From Polyangiaceae bacterium (GTDB lineage: Bacteria; Myxococcota_A; Polyangia; Polyangiales; Polyangiaceae), in the NCBI GenBank assembly GCA_044222475.1, contig JBGANF010000014.1:1-64000 (forward strand): DNA of 64,000 bases, given 5' to 3'. Of this stretch, positions 10,832 through 20,502 are shown piece after piece. The position numbers were made by a program, and so were the translations under genes. Position 1 is the first letter of the stretch. The number at the start of each line of letters is the position of its first letter. The notes beneath the pieces are model-generated. The model had not been told where the DNA came from and ran no database searches. It was given only the letters and a program-made list of their open reading frames with translations.

Positions 10832-12415
10832 TCACTTCGGGCAGCGCACGATCGGGGTCAGCGGCGCGAAGTTGAACCCGTCGGACGTGGTCAGCGCGTC
10901 GGCGTCGACGAGAGCCTTTTCGAGCGCGGCCTTGATCTGCGCGTAGGTCTGGTCGAGCTTGTCGGTCGTGGTCGCGGTCGCGACGCAGAGGAATTTCGGC
11001 GATCCGCAGATGTCGAGCTTCTCGCACGCGGGGTTGAACCCCGCCGCTTCGAGGACGTCGTCCCCGTAGAGGACGACTCCGCCGATCATCGTGAGGCGCA
11101 CCTGCGCCGGCGTTGCGGCGATGATCGCGTCGTACGGGGCCGCTCGGTTGCCGGCGAACACCGCGATGTCGGCCACCAAGCCCTCCTTGATGCTTCCGAT
11201 CTTCGCGTCGAGCGCGAGCACCTTCGCGCCGTTGAGCGTCGACATCGTGACGACGTCTTTCGCGGTGAGCTTTCCGGCCCACGTCTTGTCGCTGTAGCTC
11301 TTCGCGAAGCGCATCTCGTCGAGCATGTTCTGACTGCCGCCCATGGACCAATCGGGCGCGAGGGCGACGAGGACGTTCGCGTCGAGCGCGGCAGGGACGT
11401 TCGTCGTCGCTTGGTAGAGCGCGACGTTCGACTGCGGCGACCAGATGAGCTTCATGCCCTTCTGGCCCATCGTCTGGAACTCGTTCGCGGTGAACGCGGT
11501 GCCGTGCGTGATCGCCGTCTGCGGTGCGTAGAGGCAACCCTGCGTCGTCGACGCGGTACCAAGTTGGGCAAACTCGCCGAGGGCTGCGCCGTCGGTGCCT
11601 TCGCCGACGTGGATGAGGTACGAGGTCGTCGTTCCGGACGCGAAGTTCGCGCAGACGCCGTCGGCCGAGGCCTTCGACGGGGGGAAGATCGCGCTGGTCT
11701 GCACCTTGTCGACACCGAGCCCATTTTGGGACACGTCGATCGATCGCGTGAGCGAGCCGAAGCAGGCGGCCGACGTCCCGGGCAGACCGACGATGCTCGT
11801 CGTCCCGGCGATGAGCCCCTTGAGCTCGCCGAACTTGTCCATCTCGCAGCGGAGGCTCCCGGCGGGAGTCCCGTAGGGCGTCTGCGCGCACCACGCGGGC
11901 TTGCCCTGCGAGTCGTTTGCGAGGCACTGCTTGACGTCGATCATCTGGACGTAGCGCGCTTCGCTCGGCCACTGGTTGTGGTTCGTGTTGACCTTCGACG
12001 TCATCCAGTCGTCGTTGTCGAAGATGTCGAACAGGATGTGGTTGTGGGTGTCGATCAACCCGGGCGCGATGATGCCCTTGGTGTCGATCGTGGTCGCGCC
12101 CGGCGCGCCCGCGCGGCCTTCGCACTCGGTGCCGGCGGCGACGCACGTGATGAGCTGACCCTCGACGAGGACCTCGCCTTCGATCACTGCGTCGGGCGTG
12201 ATGATCGTCCCGATGAGGAGGATCTTGTCCTTGGCACCGACGGTGATCGTCGGGCCGGGGCCGGTGCCCCCGTCGCCGTCGAGCCCGGCTTCGGGGATGA
12301 CGCCGCCGTCGTAGGGGGGAATCGGGACGCCACCGCCATCGCTGCACGCGGCGACCGCCACGCTGGACAGACTGAAGAGGGCAGTGGCGCGGACGAAGAA
12401 AGAAAGGTGCCGCAT
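10832..12415 (-). CDS. Secreted/lipoprotein amidohydrolase-family metallo-enzyme
   Basis: PGLIDTHNH, IHVGEG, THG, PDWS, GSIKEGLVADIAV; lipobox VAAC. Confidence 0.85.
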   Translation of the reverse strand: MRHLSFFVRATALFSLSSVAVAACSDGGGVPIPPYDGGVIPEAGLDGDGGTGPGPTITVGAKDKILLIGTIITPDAVIEGEVLVEGQLITCVAAGTECEGRAGAPGATTIDTKGIIAPGLIDTHNHILFDIFDNDDWMTSKVNTNHNQWPSEARYVQMIDVKQCLANDSQGKPAWCAQTPYGTPAGSLRCEMDKFGELKGLIAGTTSIVGLPGTSAACFGSLTRSIDVSQNGLGVDKVQTSAIFPPSKASADGVCANFASGTTTSYLIHVGEGTDGAALGEFAQLGTASTTQGCLYAPQTAITHGTAFTANEFQTMGQKGMKLIWSPQSNVALYQATTNVPAALDANVLVALAPDWSMGGSQNMLDEMRFAKSYSDKTWAGKLTAKDVVTMSTLNGAKVLALDAKIGSIKEGLVADIAVFAGNRAAPYDAIIAATPAQVRLTMIGGVVLYGDDVLEAAGFNPACEKLDICGSPKFLCVATATTTDKLDQTYAQIKAALEKALVDADALTTSDGFNFAPLTPIVRCPK

Positions 12416-12441
12416 CCTTGGAGACTAGCAGCTCGCGCGCC

Positions 12442-13413
12442 TCACGCGGGTGATAGCTCGGTACGTTTTTTCGAGGGGCCTTTGAACAGCATCCAGCACG
12501 CTGCATCAGCTCCACCCGCTGCGTCGGCTGCGTCGGCGTGGCGGCTCGCCGGCCGAGCGACGAGGGACGTCGCCTTGCAGTACTTGCACGTGGCTTCGGT
12601 CGCCCCGGGCTCGAGGGTGAGGGGTGCGTTGCAGGTCGGGCAGGTCAGAGCGATGGCGCCGGCGGCTCCACGGCTCGCGGCCGGCGCGCTCGTGCGGATC
12701 AGGATCGCGACGAGCCCCCGGTCGATCGGGCTCGCCTTCGTCGGCAGCACGCTCGTCACCGTGAGCCCGCATCCGGCGCACGCGGAGGCGCCGCCGGTCC
12801 ACGCGTCGTCGATCGGGGCTCTGCATCGGAGGCACACTGGGTGCCCTGGCCCGGCGACCAACTGGGTCGCCATGTCGTCGTCGGCGCGAACGGGCTCGTC
12901 CTCGACCTCGCCGACGTCGATGCCGACGCTTCGGTACGGGTTGCGCGCCAGGTCGGCGCCGGCGAGATCGCCCACGGCGTGCGCGTGCTTCAGCACCATG
13001 CGCCAGAACATGGTCGGTTGGTCTTGGACGTGCCGGCAGAGAACGCACTCGGATCCGCCGTCCGCGCTGAACGAGCGGAGCGGCACGCGCGACTTGCACC
13101 CGCTGCAGTGGTACTCGCACGTCACGCGCACCCAGTACGCGCCGTCGGGCCTGCGCGGCGCGATGCGCGTGGCGCGGACGCCACCGCACGGGCCGCAGCT
13201 CGCGTGCTTGGCCGGCACGGAGCGACCGCAGTCGACGCACACGCGGACGCCTTCGCTCGGCGGCACGACGTTGCGGGCGGCTTCGGCGAGCGGCAACACG
13301 TTCGCGACGGCGGACGGATCGGGCGCATCGGCGGGGGGCAAGGCGCCGCCGCAGTTCCGGCAGAGTCGCGCGCCGCCGCTGTAGCTCGTCTTGCACTTCG
13401 GGCAGGCTGCCAC
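12442..13413 (-). CDS. Hypothetical multi zinc-ribbon protein
   Basis: Ten CxxC motifs in 323 aa; TGnTACCCT -10 element just upstream of the GTG. Confidence 0.7.
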   Translation of the reverse strand: MAACPKCKTSYSGGARLCRNCGGALPPADAPDPSAVANVLPLAEAARNVVPPSEGVRVCVDCGRSVPAKHASCGPCGGVRATRIAPRRPDGAYWVRVTCEYHCSGCKSRVPLRSFSADGGSECVLCRHVQDQPTMFWRMVLKHAHAVGDLAGADLARNPYRSVGIDVGEVEDEPVRADDDMATQLVAGPGHPVCLRCRAPIDDAWTGGASACAGCGLTVTSVLPTKASPIDRGLVAILIRTSAPAASRGAAGAIALTCPTCNAPLTLEPGATEATCKYCKATSLVARPASRHADAADAAGGADAACWMLFKGPSKKRTELSPA

Positions 13414-13446
13414 GAAGCGAGGGTACCACTGACGCGATCGAATCGT

Positions 13447-13523
13447 TGGTCGGGGAGGGGGGATTTGAACCCCCGACGACGAGCACCCAAAGCTCGTGCA
13501 CTACCGGGCTGTGCGACTCCCCG
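13447..13523 (-). tRNA. tRNA-Pro (TGG)
   Basis: CGGGGAG...CTCCCCG acceptor stem with encoded ACCA end; anticodon arm CGAGC-TTTGGGT-GCTCG; T-loop GGTTCAAATCC. Confidence 0.96.
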
Positions 13524-13594
13524 AAGCGTGAACGTCGCGACCTTAGCAGACGGCGAGCGACGCGACCACCAGACGCGCGACGCGCGACGAAGCG

Positions 13595-14275
13595 TCAGAG
13601 GAGAAAGCGCGCGATCAGCCAGGCGACCAAGGCGGCGCTGGTGACGAGGAGGAGCCACACGAACACGCGGGGGCTGACGATGCTGCTCAGCACCTCGTCG
13701 GTCGTCATGAATCGGTCGTGGAACGTGCTGAGGTCCACGCAGTCGTCGACCGTCAACGATGCGACGATGGGCGCGGCGCCTTCCGGTCTCCGGGCGATCG
13801 CGGCGCGGTGGGTGGCGATGTCGGTCTCGAGGTTGCCGCTCCCCCCGAGGCTCTGCACGCGTTCGTTCGGTGGGACCGGCGGCGGGGACTTCGCCCACGT
13901 GATGATCCCGGTCCCGTCGGCGAAGATCGTGCAGAGGTAGTACTGCGACATGGCGCCCTCGATGCCGCTCGCTTGACGGCGCCGCGCCGAGAGCCGCAGG
14001 TCACCGTCTTCCGATACCCACGCCTCGCGCGGGATCCACCCTCCGTACCCGCGGTACTCGTACGTTCCGACGTAGCTCAGGCCGAGGGCCGATGCGTGGT
14101 CGAGCACGCTCGGGAACGCGAGGCTCCCCTCGGGCTTGTAGCCTGCGGTGCGGTAGCTCCCCGCGTCGGCGGCCGGGGCGCGCGTCGCCACGCGGTAGCG
14201 CACGACGAACTTCGAGAGCGACCGCATCACCCCGCTCGGCTTCGGTGCGTTGGCGAGGGCTTTCGCGGCGCTCAT
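13595..14275 (-). CDS. Hypothetical protein with C-terminal transmembrane helix
   Basis: Normal composition, fills the gap between genes, hydrophobic C-terminus. Confidence 0.65.
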   Translation of the reverse strand: MSAAKALANAPKPSGVMRSLSKFVVRYRVATRAPAADAGSYRTAGYKPEGSLAFPSVLDHASALGLSYVGTYEYRGYGGWIPREAWVSEDGDLRLSARRRQASGIEGAMSQYYLCTIFADGTGIITWAKSPPPVPPNERVQSLGGSGNLETDIATHRAAIARRPEGAAPIVASLTVDDCVDLSTFHDRFMTTDEVLSSIVSPRVFVWLLLVTSAALVAWLIARFLL

Positions 14276-14293
14276 GGCGCCTCGAGCGTATCA

Positions 14294-14761
14294 CTACTTC
14301 TTCATCGGCTCTTTCACGTAGACCGTGCCCTGCGCGGTCGCCACGAGCTCGTCTTCGAAGGAGACGTCGACCCGCACGACCGCGATGCGCTTCTTCAGCG
14401 CGAGGACCTCGGCCCTCGCGACGATGAACCGCGGTTTGTCGTCTGGGGCGTCGACGCGAACCGGCGCGAGGTAGTTCATCTTGAGCTCGAGCGTCGCGAC
14501 CCACTTGCCGACCTCGACGAGCGGGTACACCGCGAGCGACAGCGAGTGATCGACCAGCGACGCGATCACTCCGCCGTGCACCGCGCCCACTCCCGAGCCC
14601 AGCTTCGGCGTCACCGCGACGCGGCACGTGAGCTTGCCGGGGAGAGACTCCACGATCTCGATCCCGAGCGTCCCCGCGTATGGAGAGCTCCGCGTGTACT
14701 CGGGCAAGACCTTGGCGATGTCGGCGTTGAACGAGGGGAACGTCTCCATGGTGCGCCCCAC
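14294..14761 (-). CDS. PaaI-family thioesterase (hotdog fold)
   Basis: VHGGVIASLVD, TLELKMNYLAP. Confidence 0.88.
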   Translation of the reverse strand: MGRTMETFPSFNADIAKVLPEYTRSSPYAGTLGIEIVESLPGKLTCRVAVTPKLGSGVGAVHGGVIASLVDHSLSLAVYPLVEVGKWVATLELKMNYLAPVRVDAPDDKPRFIVARAEVLALKKRIAVVRVDVSFEDELVATAQGTVYVKEPMKK

Positions 14762-14796
14762 TCTGAGCGAACAATTTGCCTAGTCAAGGCAAATTG

Positions 14797-15279
14797 TTAC
14801 GAGCGCCGCGACGCGAGCGCGCCCGCGAGCTTGCCGAGCTCGCTCTCCCAGCCCATCGTCGCGCGCGCGGTCCACGTCTCGTCGTGCATCGGGTCGATGT
14901 TCAGCACGAGGCGCACGCCGGTCGCGGTCGCGTAGAGCTCGACGCGCGTCGCGGTGACGTAGGGTTCGATGCCCGGGACGAAGTCGACGACGTGGTCGTA
15001 CACGAGCAGCTTCTTCGGCACGACCTCGGTGTACTTGACGTGCGCCTCGTGCGAGAGCGGCATGCCGGCCTTCTTCATGAACTCGATCTGCGGCGGTGCG
15101 GACGCGATCATCGCGTAGTCGAGCGCGCCACCGGGGCGAAGCTCGAGCTTGCGCACCTCGACGCGGAACCCTTCGGGTCCCCACCACGCCTCGAGGCCTT
15201 CCTTCGTGGTCCAGAGATCCCACACGTCGTCGATCGAGCCGTCGTAGGTCCGCTCGATGGTGATCGTTCGCTTGGTCAT
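14797..15279 (-). CDS. SRPBCC/AHSA1-like domain protein
   Basis: ITIERTY, VWDLWT, WWGPEG, LRPGG, GWES..KL; ATG 15279 overlaps the ArsR stop. Confidence 0.88.
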   Translation of the reverse strand: MTKRTITIERTYDGSIDDVWDLWTTKEGLEAWWGPEGFRVEVRKLELRPGGALDYAMIASAPPQIEFMKKAGMPLSHEAHVKYTEVVPKKLLVYDHVVDFVPGIEPYVTATRVELYATATGVRLVLNIDPMHDETWTARATMGWESELGKLAGALASRRS

Positions 15280-15614
15280 CAGGCCCTCTCCTTCTGCTTC
15301 TTCTTCTTCGCTTCGAGCGCCGCGCCGAGCCGGTCGAGCCGCGCCTCCCAGTGACTCCGGTAGCGCTCGATCCACGCGTCGAGCTCGCGGAACGGCGCCG
15401 GGCGGAGCGAGTAAAACCGCCGCGCGCCCTCGGGCCGCACGTCCACGAAGCCGGCCTCGCCGAGAATCCGGAGGTGCCGCGAGACTCCCGACTGATCGAT
15501 CGACACGAGATCCACGATGTCGTTCACCGATCGCTCGCCGTCGCGCAGGGCTTCGACGATCTGGAGCCGGGTCGGGTCGGCGAGCGTCTGGAAGAGCGTC
15601 GTATGCATCATCAT
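15279..15614 (-). CDS. ArsR/SmtB family transcriptional regulator
   Basis: FQTLADPTRLQI, QSGVSRHLRIL..AG, YSL, WEARLDRL; typical ArsR-SRPBCC pair; exact start uncertain (15608-15614). Confidence 0.9.
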   Translation of the reverse strand: MMMHTTLFQTLADPTRLQIVEALRDGERSVNDIVDLVSIDQSGVSRHLRILGEAGFVDVRPEGARRFYSLRPAPFRELDAWIERYRSHWEARLDRLGAALEAKKKKQKERA

Positions 15615-15639
15615 GCATATGCATAGCAGTGCATATAAT
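15613..15639. promoter_or_regulatory. Putative ArsR operator in a divergent promoter region
   Basis: 12-bp palindrome ATGCATATGCAT (15613-15624) at the ArsR start; TATAAT at 15634-15639 on the + strand. Confidence 0.45.
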
Positions 15640-15672
15640 GCCGGTCCAGCGAAAACATGCGAAACTCGCCGG

Positions 15673-16827
15673 ATGCGATCCTTCGTCTGCCTGGGTGCGC
15701 TCGCGGTCTTCGTGCTCGGTGCCTGCGGGGACGATCCCGCCACGACGACGCCTGGCGGCGACGCCGCCGCCGACTCACCGACGACCAACCCGGACACCGG
15801 CCCGTGGGACTCCGGCGTCGTCATCCCGCCGACGTCGAACGGCAACCCCAACGGGAAGTGCACCGTTCCGACGGCCGCCCTCGCCGAGAACACCTCGTCA
15901 CCGACGACCGTCGTCGGCGACGGCACGCCCGCGAGCTGCACCGGCACCAAGGTCGTCGACGCGGTTCACGCGGGCGGCGTGGTGACGTTCAACTGCGGGC
16001 CGGATCCGATCACGATCGCCGTGCCGACCATCGAGATCTTCAACGACGGCGGCAAGACCAAGGACGGCAGCGTCACGATCGACGGCGGCGGCAAGGTCAC
16101 GCTCAGCGGCAGCGGTGATCACCGCGTGCTCTACCAGAACACCTGCGACCAGAAGCTCCACTGGACGACGCCCACCTGCAACAAGCAGGACGTGCCGCAC
16201 CTCGTGATGCAGAACATCGGGGTCATCGGCGGCAAGTTCAACGCGGTGTCGGGACAGCTCGGCGGCGGCGGAGTGTTCGTCGGCGGCGGCACGGCGAAGT
16301 TCTTCAACGTGCGCTTCTCGAACAACACGCAGCCCAATTTGGGACAGGACTACGGCGGCGGGGCGATCTACACGTTCAACCAGACGAAGCCGGTCTACGT
16401 CGTGGGCAGCACGTTCGACGGCAACTCCGGCAGCAACGGCGGCGCGCTCGCGAGCATCGGCACGTCGTGGGTCGTCCTCAACAGCGTCTTCACGAACAAC
16501 GTGACCCTCGGCAACGGGATGAACCCGGCCAAGCCGAACACGCCGGGCGGCGGCCTCGGCGGCGCGATCTACAACGACGGCAACAGCTACGTCCTCACGC
16601 TCTGCGGCGACGACCTGCAGAAGAACACCGCGGCCGAGCTCGGCACCGGCTCGATCTTCTTCGTCGCGAACGACCTCAAGGGCGACCTCGTCATCGACCA
16701 GTCGACGTTCGTCGGCAACAGCAACAAGGGATCCGTCCAGTCGCCGACGCACCCGAGCATCTACGTCGAAGCACGCGACAAGGCCGGCAACGCCGGCGTG
16801 ACGATCACCGCCACTACCTTCCAGTAG
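15673..16827 (+). CDS. Lipoprotein with parallel beta-helix (POMP-like GGAI/FxxN repeats)
   Basis: Lipobox VLGAC; repeated GGAIY and FxxN motifs. Confidence 0.75.
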   Translation: MRSFVCLGALAVFVLGACGDDPATTTPGGDAAADSPTTNPDTGPWDSGVVIPPTSNGNPNGKCTVPTAALAENTSSPTTVVGDGTPASCTGTKVVDAVHAGGVVTFNCGPDPITIAVPTIEIFNDGGKTKDGSVTIDGGGKVTLSGSGDHRVLYQNTCDQKLHWTTPTCNKQDVPHLVMQNIGVIGGKFNAVSGQLGGGGVFVGGGTAKFFNVRFSNNTQPNLGQDYGGGAIYTFNQTKPVYVVGSTFDGNSGSNGGALASIGTSWVVLNSVFTNNVTLGNGMNPAKPNTPGGGLGGAIYNDGNSYVLTLCGDDLQKNTAAELGTGSIFFVANDLKGDLVIDQSTFVGNSNKGSVQSPTHPSIYVEARDKAGNAGVTITATTFQ

Positions 16828-16831
16828 CTGG

Positions 16832-17506
16832 CTACGGCTTCGGGCGCGCCCAGACGCCGAAGGTGTAGTTGCCAGCGCCCGCGCTCGTCTCGACGACGAG
16901 GCGGAACTCGCGGTCGTGGGTTTTGCACCACACGCCGTCGGGGTTCATGATCGCGATGAAGTTCTTGCTCGTCGCGACCGAGATGAGCGCGCCCTCGGGC
17001 CGCTGCACGCGGATGTCCACGTTCTTCACCCCGCTGTCGGCCACGGCGAAGAATCGATAGCAGTACCCGCCGACCATCTTGAACACGTACGAGTCGTGGG
17101 TGTGGGTCGCGTCGAACTTGCCGGTCACGGTCTTCACGTACTCTTTGAGCCCGGTCGGGGCGCCGCACTTGCCGGTGAGCGTTGCGTAGTCCTTCGCCGA
17201 CTCGCCGGAGAAGCCGACGCCCTTCGTGCAGTCGGCGTCGCTCATCGACGGTTTGGGAAAGTCCGACGCGGGCGCGCCGGGCTTCAGGAGGTTCTCGAGC
17301 GAGATGGTGCCGTCGGCGTTGTGCGTGACCGGCACGGCAGCGGCGACCTGGGCCTTCACCTCCGGCGTGATGCCGTCTTCGTCGTCGACCGAGGCGACCG
17401 GCTTCGGTGCGCTCGACGCTTCGGTCTTCGGTGCGTCGGCCTTGGGCGCGCTCCCGCCGCCGCACCCCGCCACCACGAGCCCCGCCACGAGGAGGATCTT
17501 CTTCAT
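16832..17506 (-). CDS. Hypothetical lipoprotein
   Basis: MKKILLVAGLVVAGC lipobox; beta-rich C-terminal domain. Confidence 0.8.
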   Translation of the reverse strand: MKKILLVAGLVVAGCGGGSAPKADAPKTEASSAPKPVASVDDEDGITPEVKAQVAAAVPVTHNADGTISLENLLKPGAPASDFPKPSMSDADCTKGVGFSGESAKDYATLTGKCGAPTGLKEYVKTVTGKFDATHTHDSYVFKMVGGYCYRFFAVADSGVKNVDIRVQRPEGALISVATSKNFIAIMNPDGVWCKTHDREFRLVVETSAGAGNYTFGVWARPKP

Positions 17507-17530
17507 GGCGCGCGACTGTACCACCGCGCG

Positions 17531-18172
17531 TCAGAGGCGCTGAGGCCGATTGGACTTCAGCCCGCAGCCTGCGCCTGCGACGCGCAGCGCGTCGCGGTCG
17601 CGATCCATCGTCGCTCGATCGAGCACCGAGCTGTACACCGGCGGAATCGGGATCGACTCGACCGCCTTCCCCATCGCCGCGTCGCCGGGGGTCGCGGCGC
17701 ACGCTCGCGTCACGAGATCGATCAGCAGCGCGATGCCGACGTCGTGCATGGTGCGAGCCGACGGCGACGTGCCGGAGCCCTGCCAATCGCCCTTGGTCCC
17801 CGTGCCGGCGCCGTCCTCGAGGAGCTTCGCCGCGCCGCGCAAGCCGGCCGCGGTCGCAGGTTGCGCCACGACGCGCGCGAAGAGCTCGGCCTGGGCTGCG
17901 TCGTCGCGGAACGGACTCCCGGCAAGCGAGGCTCGCGCGGTCGGGCCGTAGGGCGCTGGCGCGCGCGACGCGGCGGCGAGCCAGGCGGGTTCGGAAGCGG
18001 AAGCGGAAGCGGAAGCGGAAGCGGAAGCGGACGCGGAAGCGGAAGCAGAAGCGGAGGCGGAAGCGGAAGCGGACGCGGAAGCGGACGCGGACGCGGACAC
18101 GGGCGCGGACGCCGTGGGCTCCTTGGACGGACACCCCGCGAGGAGGACAAGAGCGATCGGGAGCGCGCGCAC
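17531..18172 (-). CDS. Hypothetical lipoprotein with (Ala-Ser)n linker
   Basis: GTG 18172 gives VRALPIALVLLAGC; hexamer repeat at about 17991-18110 encodes the AS linker. Confidence 0.65.
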   Translation of the reverse strand: MRALPIALVLLAGCPSKEPTASAPVSASASASASASASASASASASASASASASASASASEPAWLAAASRAPAPYGPTARASLAGSPFRDDAAQAELFARVVAQPATAAGLRGAAKLLEDGAGTGTKGDWQGSGTSPSARTMHDVGIALLIDLVTRACAATPGDAAMGKAVESIPIPPVYSSVLDRATMDRDRDALRVAGAGCGLKSNRPQRL

Positions 18173-18174
18173 GG

Positions 18175-20490
18175 TCAGTTCGGTCCGAGGCACGCGCCCG
18201 ATCCGGTGGCGACGTTGTTGTTCGGCCTGCACTCGGCCCAGCTGGGGTGGGGAACGTTCGTGTCGTCGACGACGACGTAGACCGGGGTCTTTCCGTCCTT
18301 CACGCCGGTCGGCGGGTTCGGCAGCGGCAGGAACAGCGTCTCCGACTGAGCGGGGTACAGGATCTGCGTGGTCGGGAGTTGTCCCAATGGGGTACCGGTC
18401 TTCGGGACACCAGCGTAGAAGCCGACGATGACGCCGGCGGGCAGGGCCGCTTCGCCGACGTTCGTGACGGTCGCGTAGAGGCCGTACGTGCCGCCGCACG
18501 CAGGGTAGACCCGGACGACGGCGTCGGGCGCGGTGAACTCGCTGCCGGGCTGCTTGTTCTGGCGGAAGTTGTTGAGGCCGGGCTGCGTCCAGTTCTTGAG
18601 CTCGGTCTTCGGGATCGTCCCGTCCTCGTTCACGTTGGTCACGTGGTAGGCGTGCTCGTTCCAGATGCGGCGGGTGCGCACCCAGCTGCCGTTCGTGTCC
18701 CCGAAGATCCGTACGCCCGACTGCGCGATGGCGACGCCGTTGTTGCATTGATACGACGGGTTCGGGCTCGCGTACGCGTTGGAGACGACGACGATGTCCG
18801 CGTGGCCGTCGTTGTCGACGTCGGCGACGAGCGGGTACTCGATGAGCGTCCCGGTCGTGTTGCAGACCTTGAACTTCTCGGCGCCGGTCGGGCCGTCGTA
18901 GATGCGCAGGTAGTTCTCGTCGGAGTAGACGACCTCGGCTTTGCCGTCGCCGTCGAAGTCGAACACGCTGCTGCCGGTCGCGGCCGACGAGCAGTCCTGC
19001 GTCTGCACCACCCAGAGGAACGTGTTCGGGTTCGTGATGCCCGAGTTCGCGATCTTCGCGCCGTCGAAGATCGCGTAGCCGACGCCACCGGCGAGCGCGA
19101 TGTCGGGCACGCCGTCGCCGTTGAAGTCCGCGACGGTGGGCGGACCGCCGCCCGACGTTCGTCCGGCCGAGCCGTTCGGGCACAGCGTGGGTGACAACGA
19201 TCCGTTGATGTCCACGCCCTGGCGCATCCACGTGAACTTCGGCCCGACGTTCGCGTCGTAGTGCCAGAACGACGCGGTGTGCGTCGTGTAGTACACCGCG
19301 ACGACCTCGGGCTTGCCGTCCTTGTCGAAGTCGCCGACGGCGTTGAACGATCCCTGCACGCCGGTGTCGACGAAGCGCTGCCCGTCGCCGTGGAACGCTT
19401 GGCTCGCGGTGACGACGTCGAGGAGCCCGTCGCCGTCGATGTCGCTGACCGAGAGCCCACCGACTGGATTGGCGGGCGAGTAGGTCGCCTTCGTCGTGCC
19501 GGTCGCGCCGTTCAAGATCGCGCCTTCGACGACGACCTCCGGCTTTCCGTCGCCGTCGAGGTCGGCGATGTTCGGCATGTAGCAGCTGACGGCGCCGGGC
19601 GTCGTCCACAGCACCGTGCCGTCACCGCGGTACGCGCGGACGAGCCCGTTCGTCATGCACGCCACGACGTTGGGCTTGCCGTCGCCGTCGATGTCGCCCG
19701 CGGCGAGCTGGGTGCTCGGATACACCTCGCCCGGCTTGGACCACTTGTCGACGACGACGCCGTTCTTGATCGAGATCGCGTGGAGCGTCCCGTTGGTCGT
19801 GTACTGGCCGTTCGTGAACGACGTGAAGACGATCTCCGGGATGTCGTTCTCGTTGATCTTGCCGTCGCAGTTGTCGTCGTCGAGCTGGACGACGATCGGC
19901 GCCATCATCACGTCGCTCGACGTCGGCGGCGTGATCTGGCCGCCCCACGCGTACTTCAGCACCGGCTTGAACAGACCGCTGCCCTTGAACTCGCACTTCT
20001 CGATGCAGTCGCTGACGCCGCCGTCGCCCGCTCCGCCGTCGGGCGCGCAGAGCGGCGGACGCGGGAGGCATCGGCCGTTCTTGGGGACGAAGCCGCCTTG
20101 GCAGCCGGCGTCGGCCACGCCGCCGTCGTTGTTGCCGAGGCTGTAGTCGCACACCTCGTTCGGGCCGCAGTCGGAGGAGTCGATGCACGGCCCCCCGGGC
20201 GTGACGCACTTCTGGAACGAGCACACCTGACCGCCCCCGCAGCAGCTGCTCCCGCACGCGAGCTTCGGATCGCAGCAGACGTTGCCCGCGCACACGCCGC
20301 CGTCGCCGCAAGCGGTACCCTGCTGGCACGCGTCGCCGAAGTCGACGTCGTTGCCGCCGCCGTCGGTCGTCCCGTCGCCGCCGCCGTCGCCGAAGTTGGA
20401 GCCGTCGTCGCTTCCGCAACCAGGTCCGACGACGCACACGAAGCCGACGAGCGCGACCGCGCTCGAGACCAAAGCAAGAGCTCGCCTCAT
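18175..20490 (-). CDS. FG-GAP/VCBS repeat secreted protein with Cys-rich N-terminus and C-terminal CARDB-like domain
   Basis: Multiple DxDGDGxP(E/D) repeats, signal peptide, ECRPNNN C-terminus. Confidence 0.88.
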   Translation of the reverse strand: MRRALALVSSAVALVGFVCVVGPGCGSDDGSNFGDGGGDGTTDGGGNDVDFGDACQQGTACGDGGVCAGNVCCDPKLACGSSCCGGGQVCSFQKCVTPGGPCIDSSDCGPNEVCDYSLGNNDGGVADAGCQGGFVPKNGRCLPRPPLCAPDGGAGDGGVSDCIEKCEFKGSGLFKPVLKYAWGGQITPPTSSDVMMAPIVVQLDDDNCDGKINENDIPEIVFTSFTNGQYTTNGTLHAISIKNGVVVDKWSKPGEVYPSTQLAAGDIDGDGKPNVVACMTNGLVRAYRGDGTVLWTTPGAVSCYMPNIADLDGDGKPEVVVEGAILNGATGTTKATYSPANPVGGLSVSDIDGDGLLDVVTASQAFHGDGQRFVDTGVQGSFNAVGDFDKDGKPEVVAVYYTTHTASFWHYDANVGPKFTWMRQGVDINGSLSPTLCPNGSAGRTSGGGPPTVADFNGDGVPDIALAGGVGYAIFDGAKIANSGITNPNTFLWVVQTQDCSSAATGSSVFDFDGDGKAEVVYSDENYLRIYDGPTGAEKFKVCNTTGTLIEYPLVADVDNDGHADIVVVSNAYASPNPSYQCNNGVAIAQSGVRIFGDTNGSWVRTRRIWNEHAYHVTNVNEDGTIPKTELKNWTQPGLNNFRQNKQPGSEFTAPDAVVRVYPACGGTYGLYATVTNVGEAALPAGVIVGFYAGVPKTGTPLGQLPTTQILYPAQSETLFLPLPNPPTGVKDGKTPVYVVVDDTNVPHPSWAECRPNNNVATGSGACLGPN

Positions 20491-20502
20491 GTCGGAAGGA
20501 TA

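Noticed and set aside
13447..13523. tRNA-Pro as an integration site for an island
   Set aside because: No integrase and no duplicated tRNA 3' end seen in the window
17991..18110. (GCGGAA)n microsatellite and the RK- or RF-repeat ORFs across it
   Set aside because: Explained as the in-frame Ala-Ser linker of a lipoprotein
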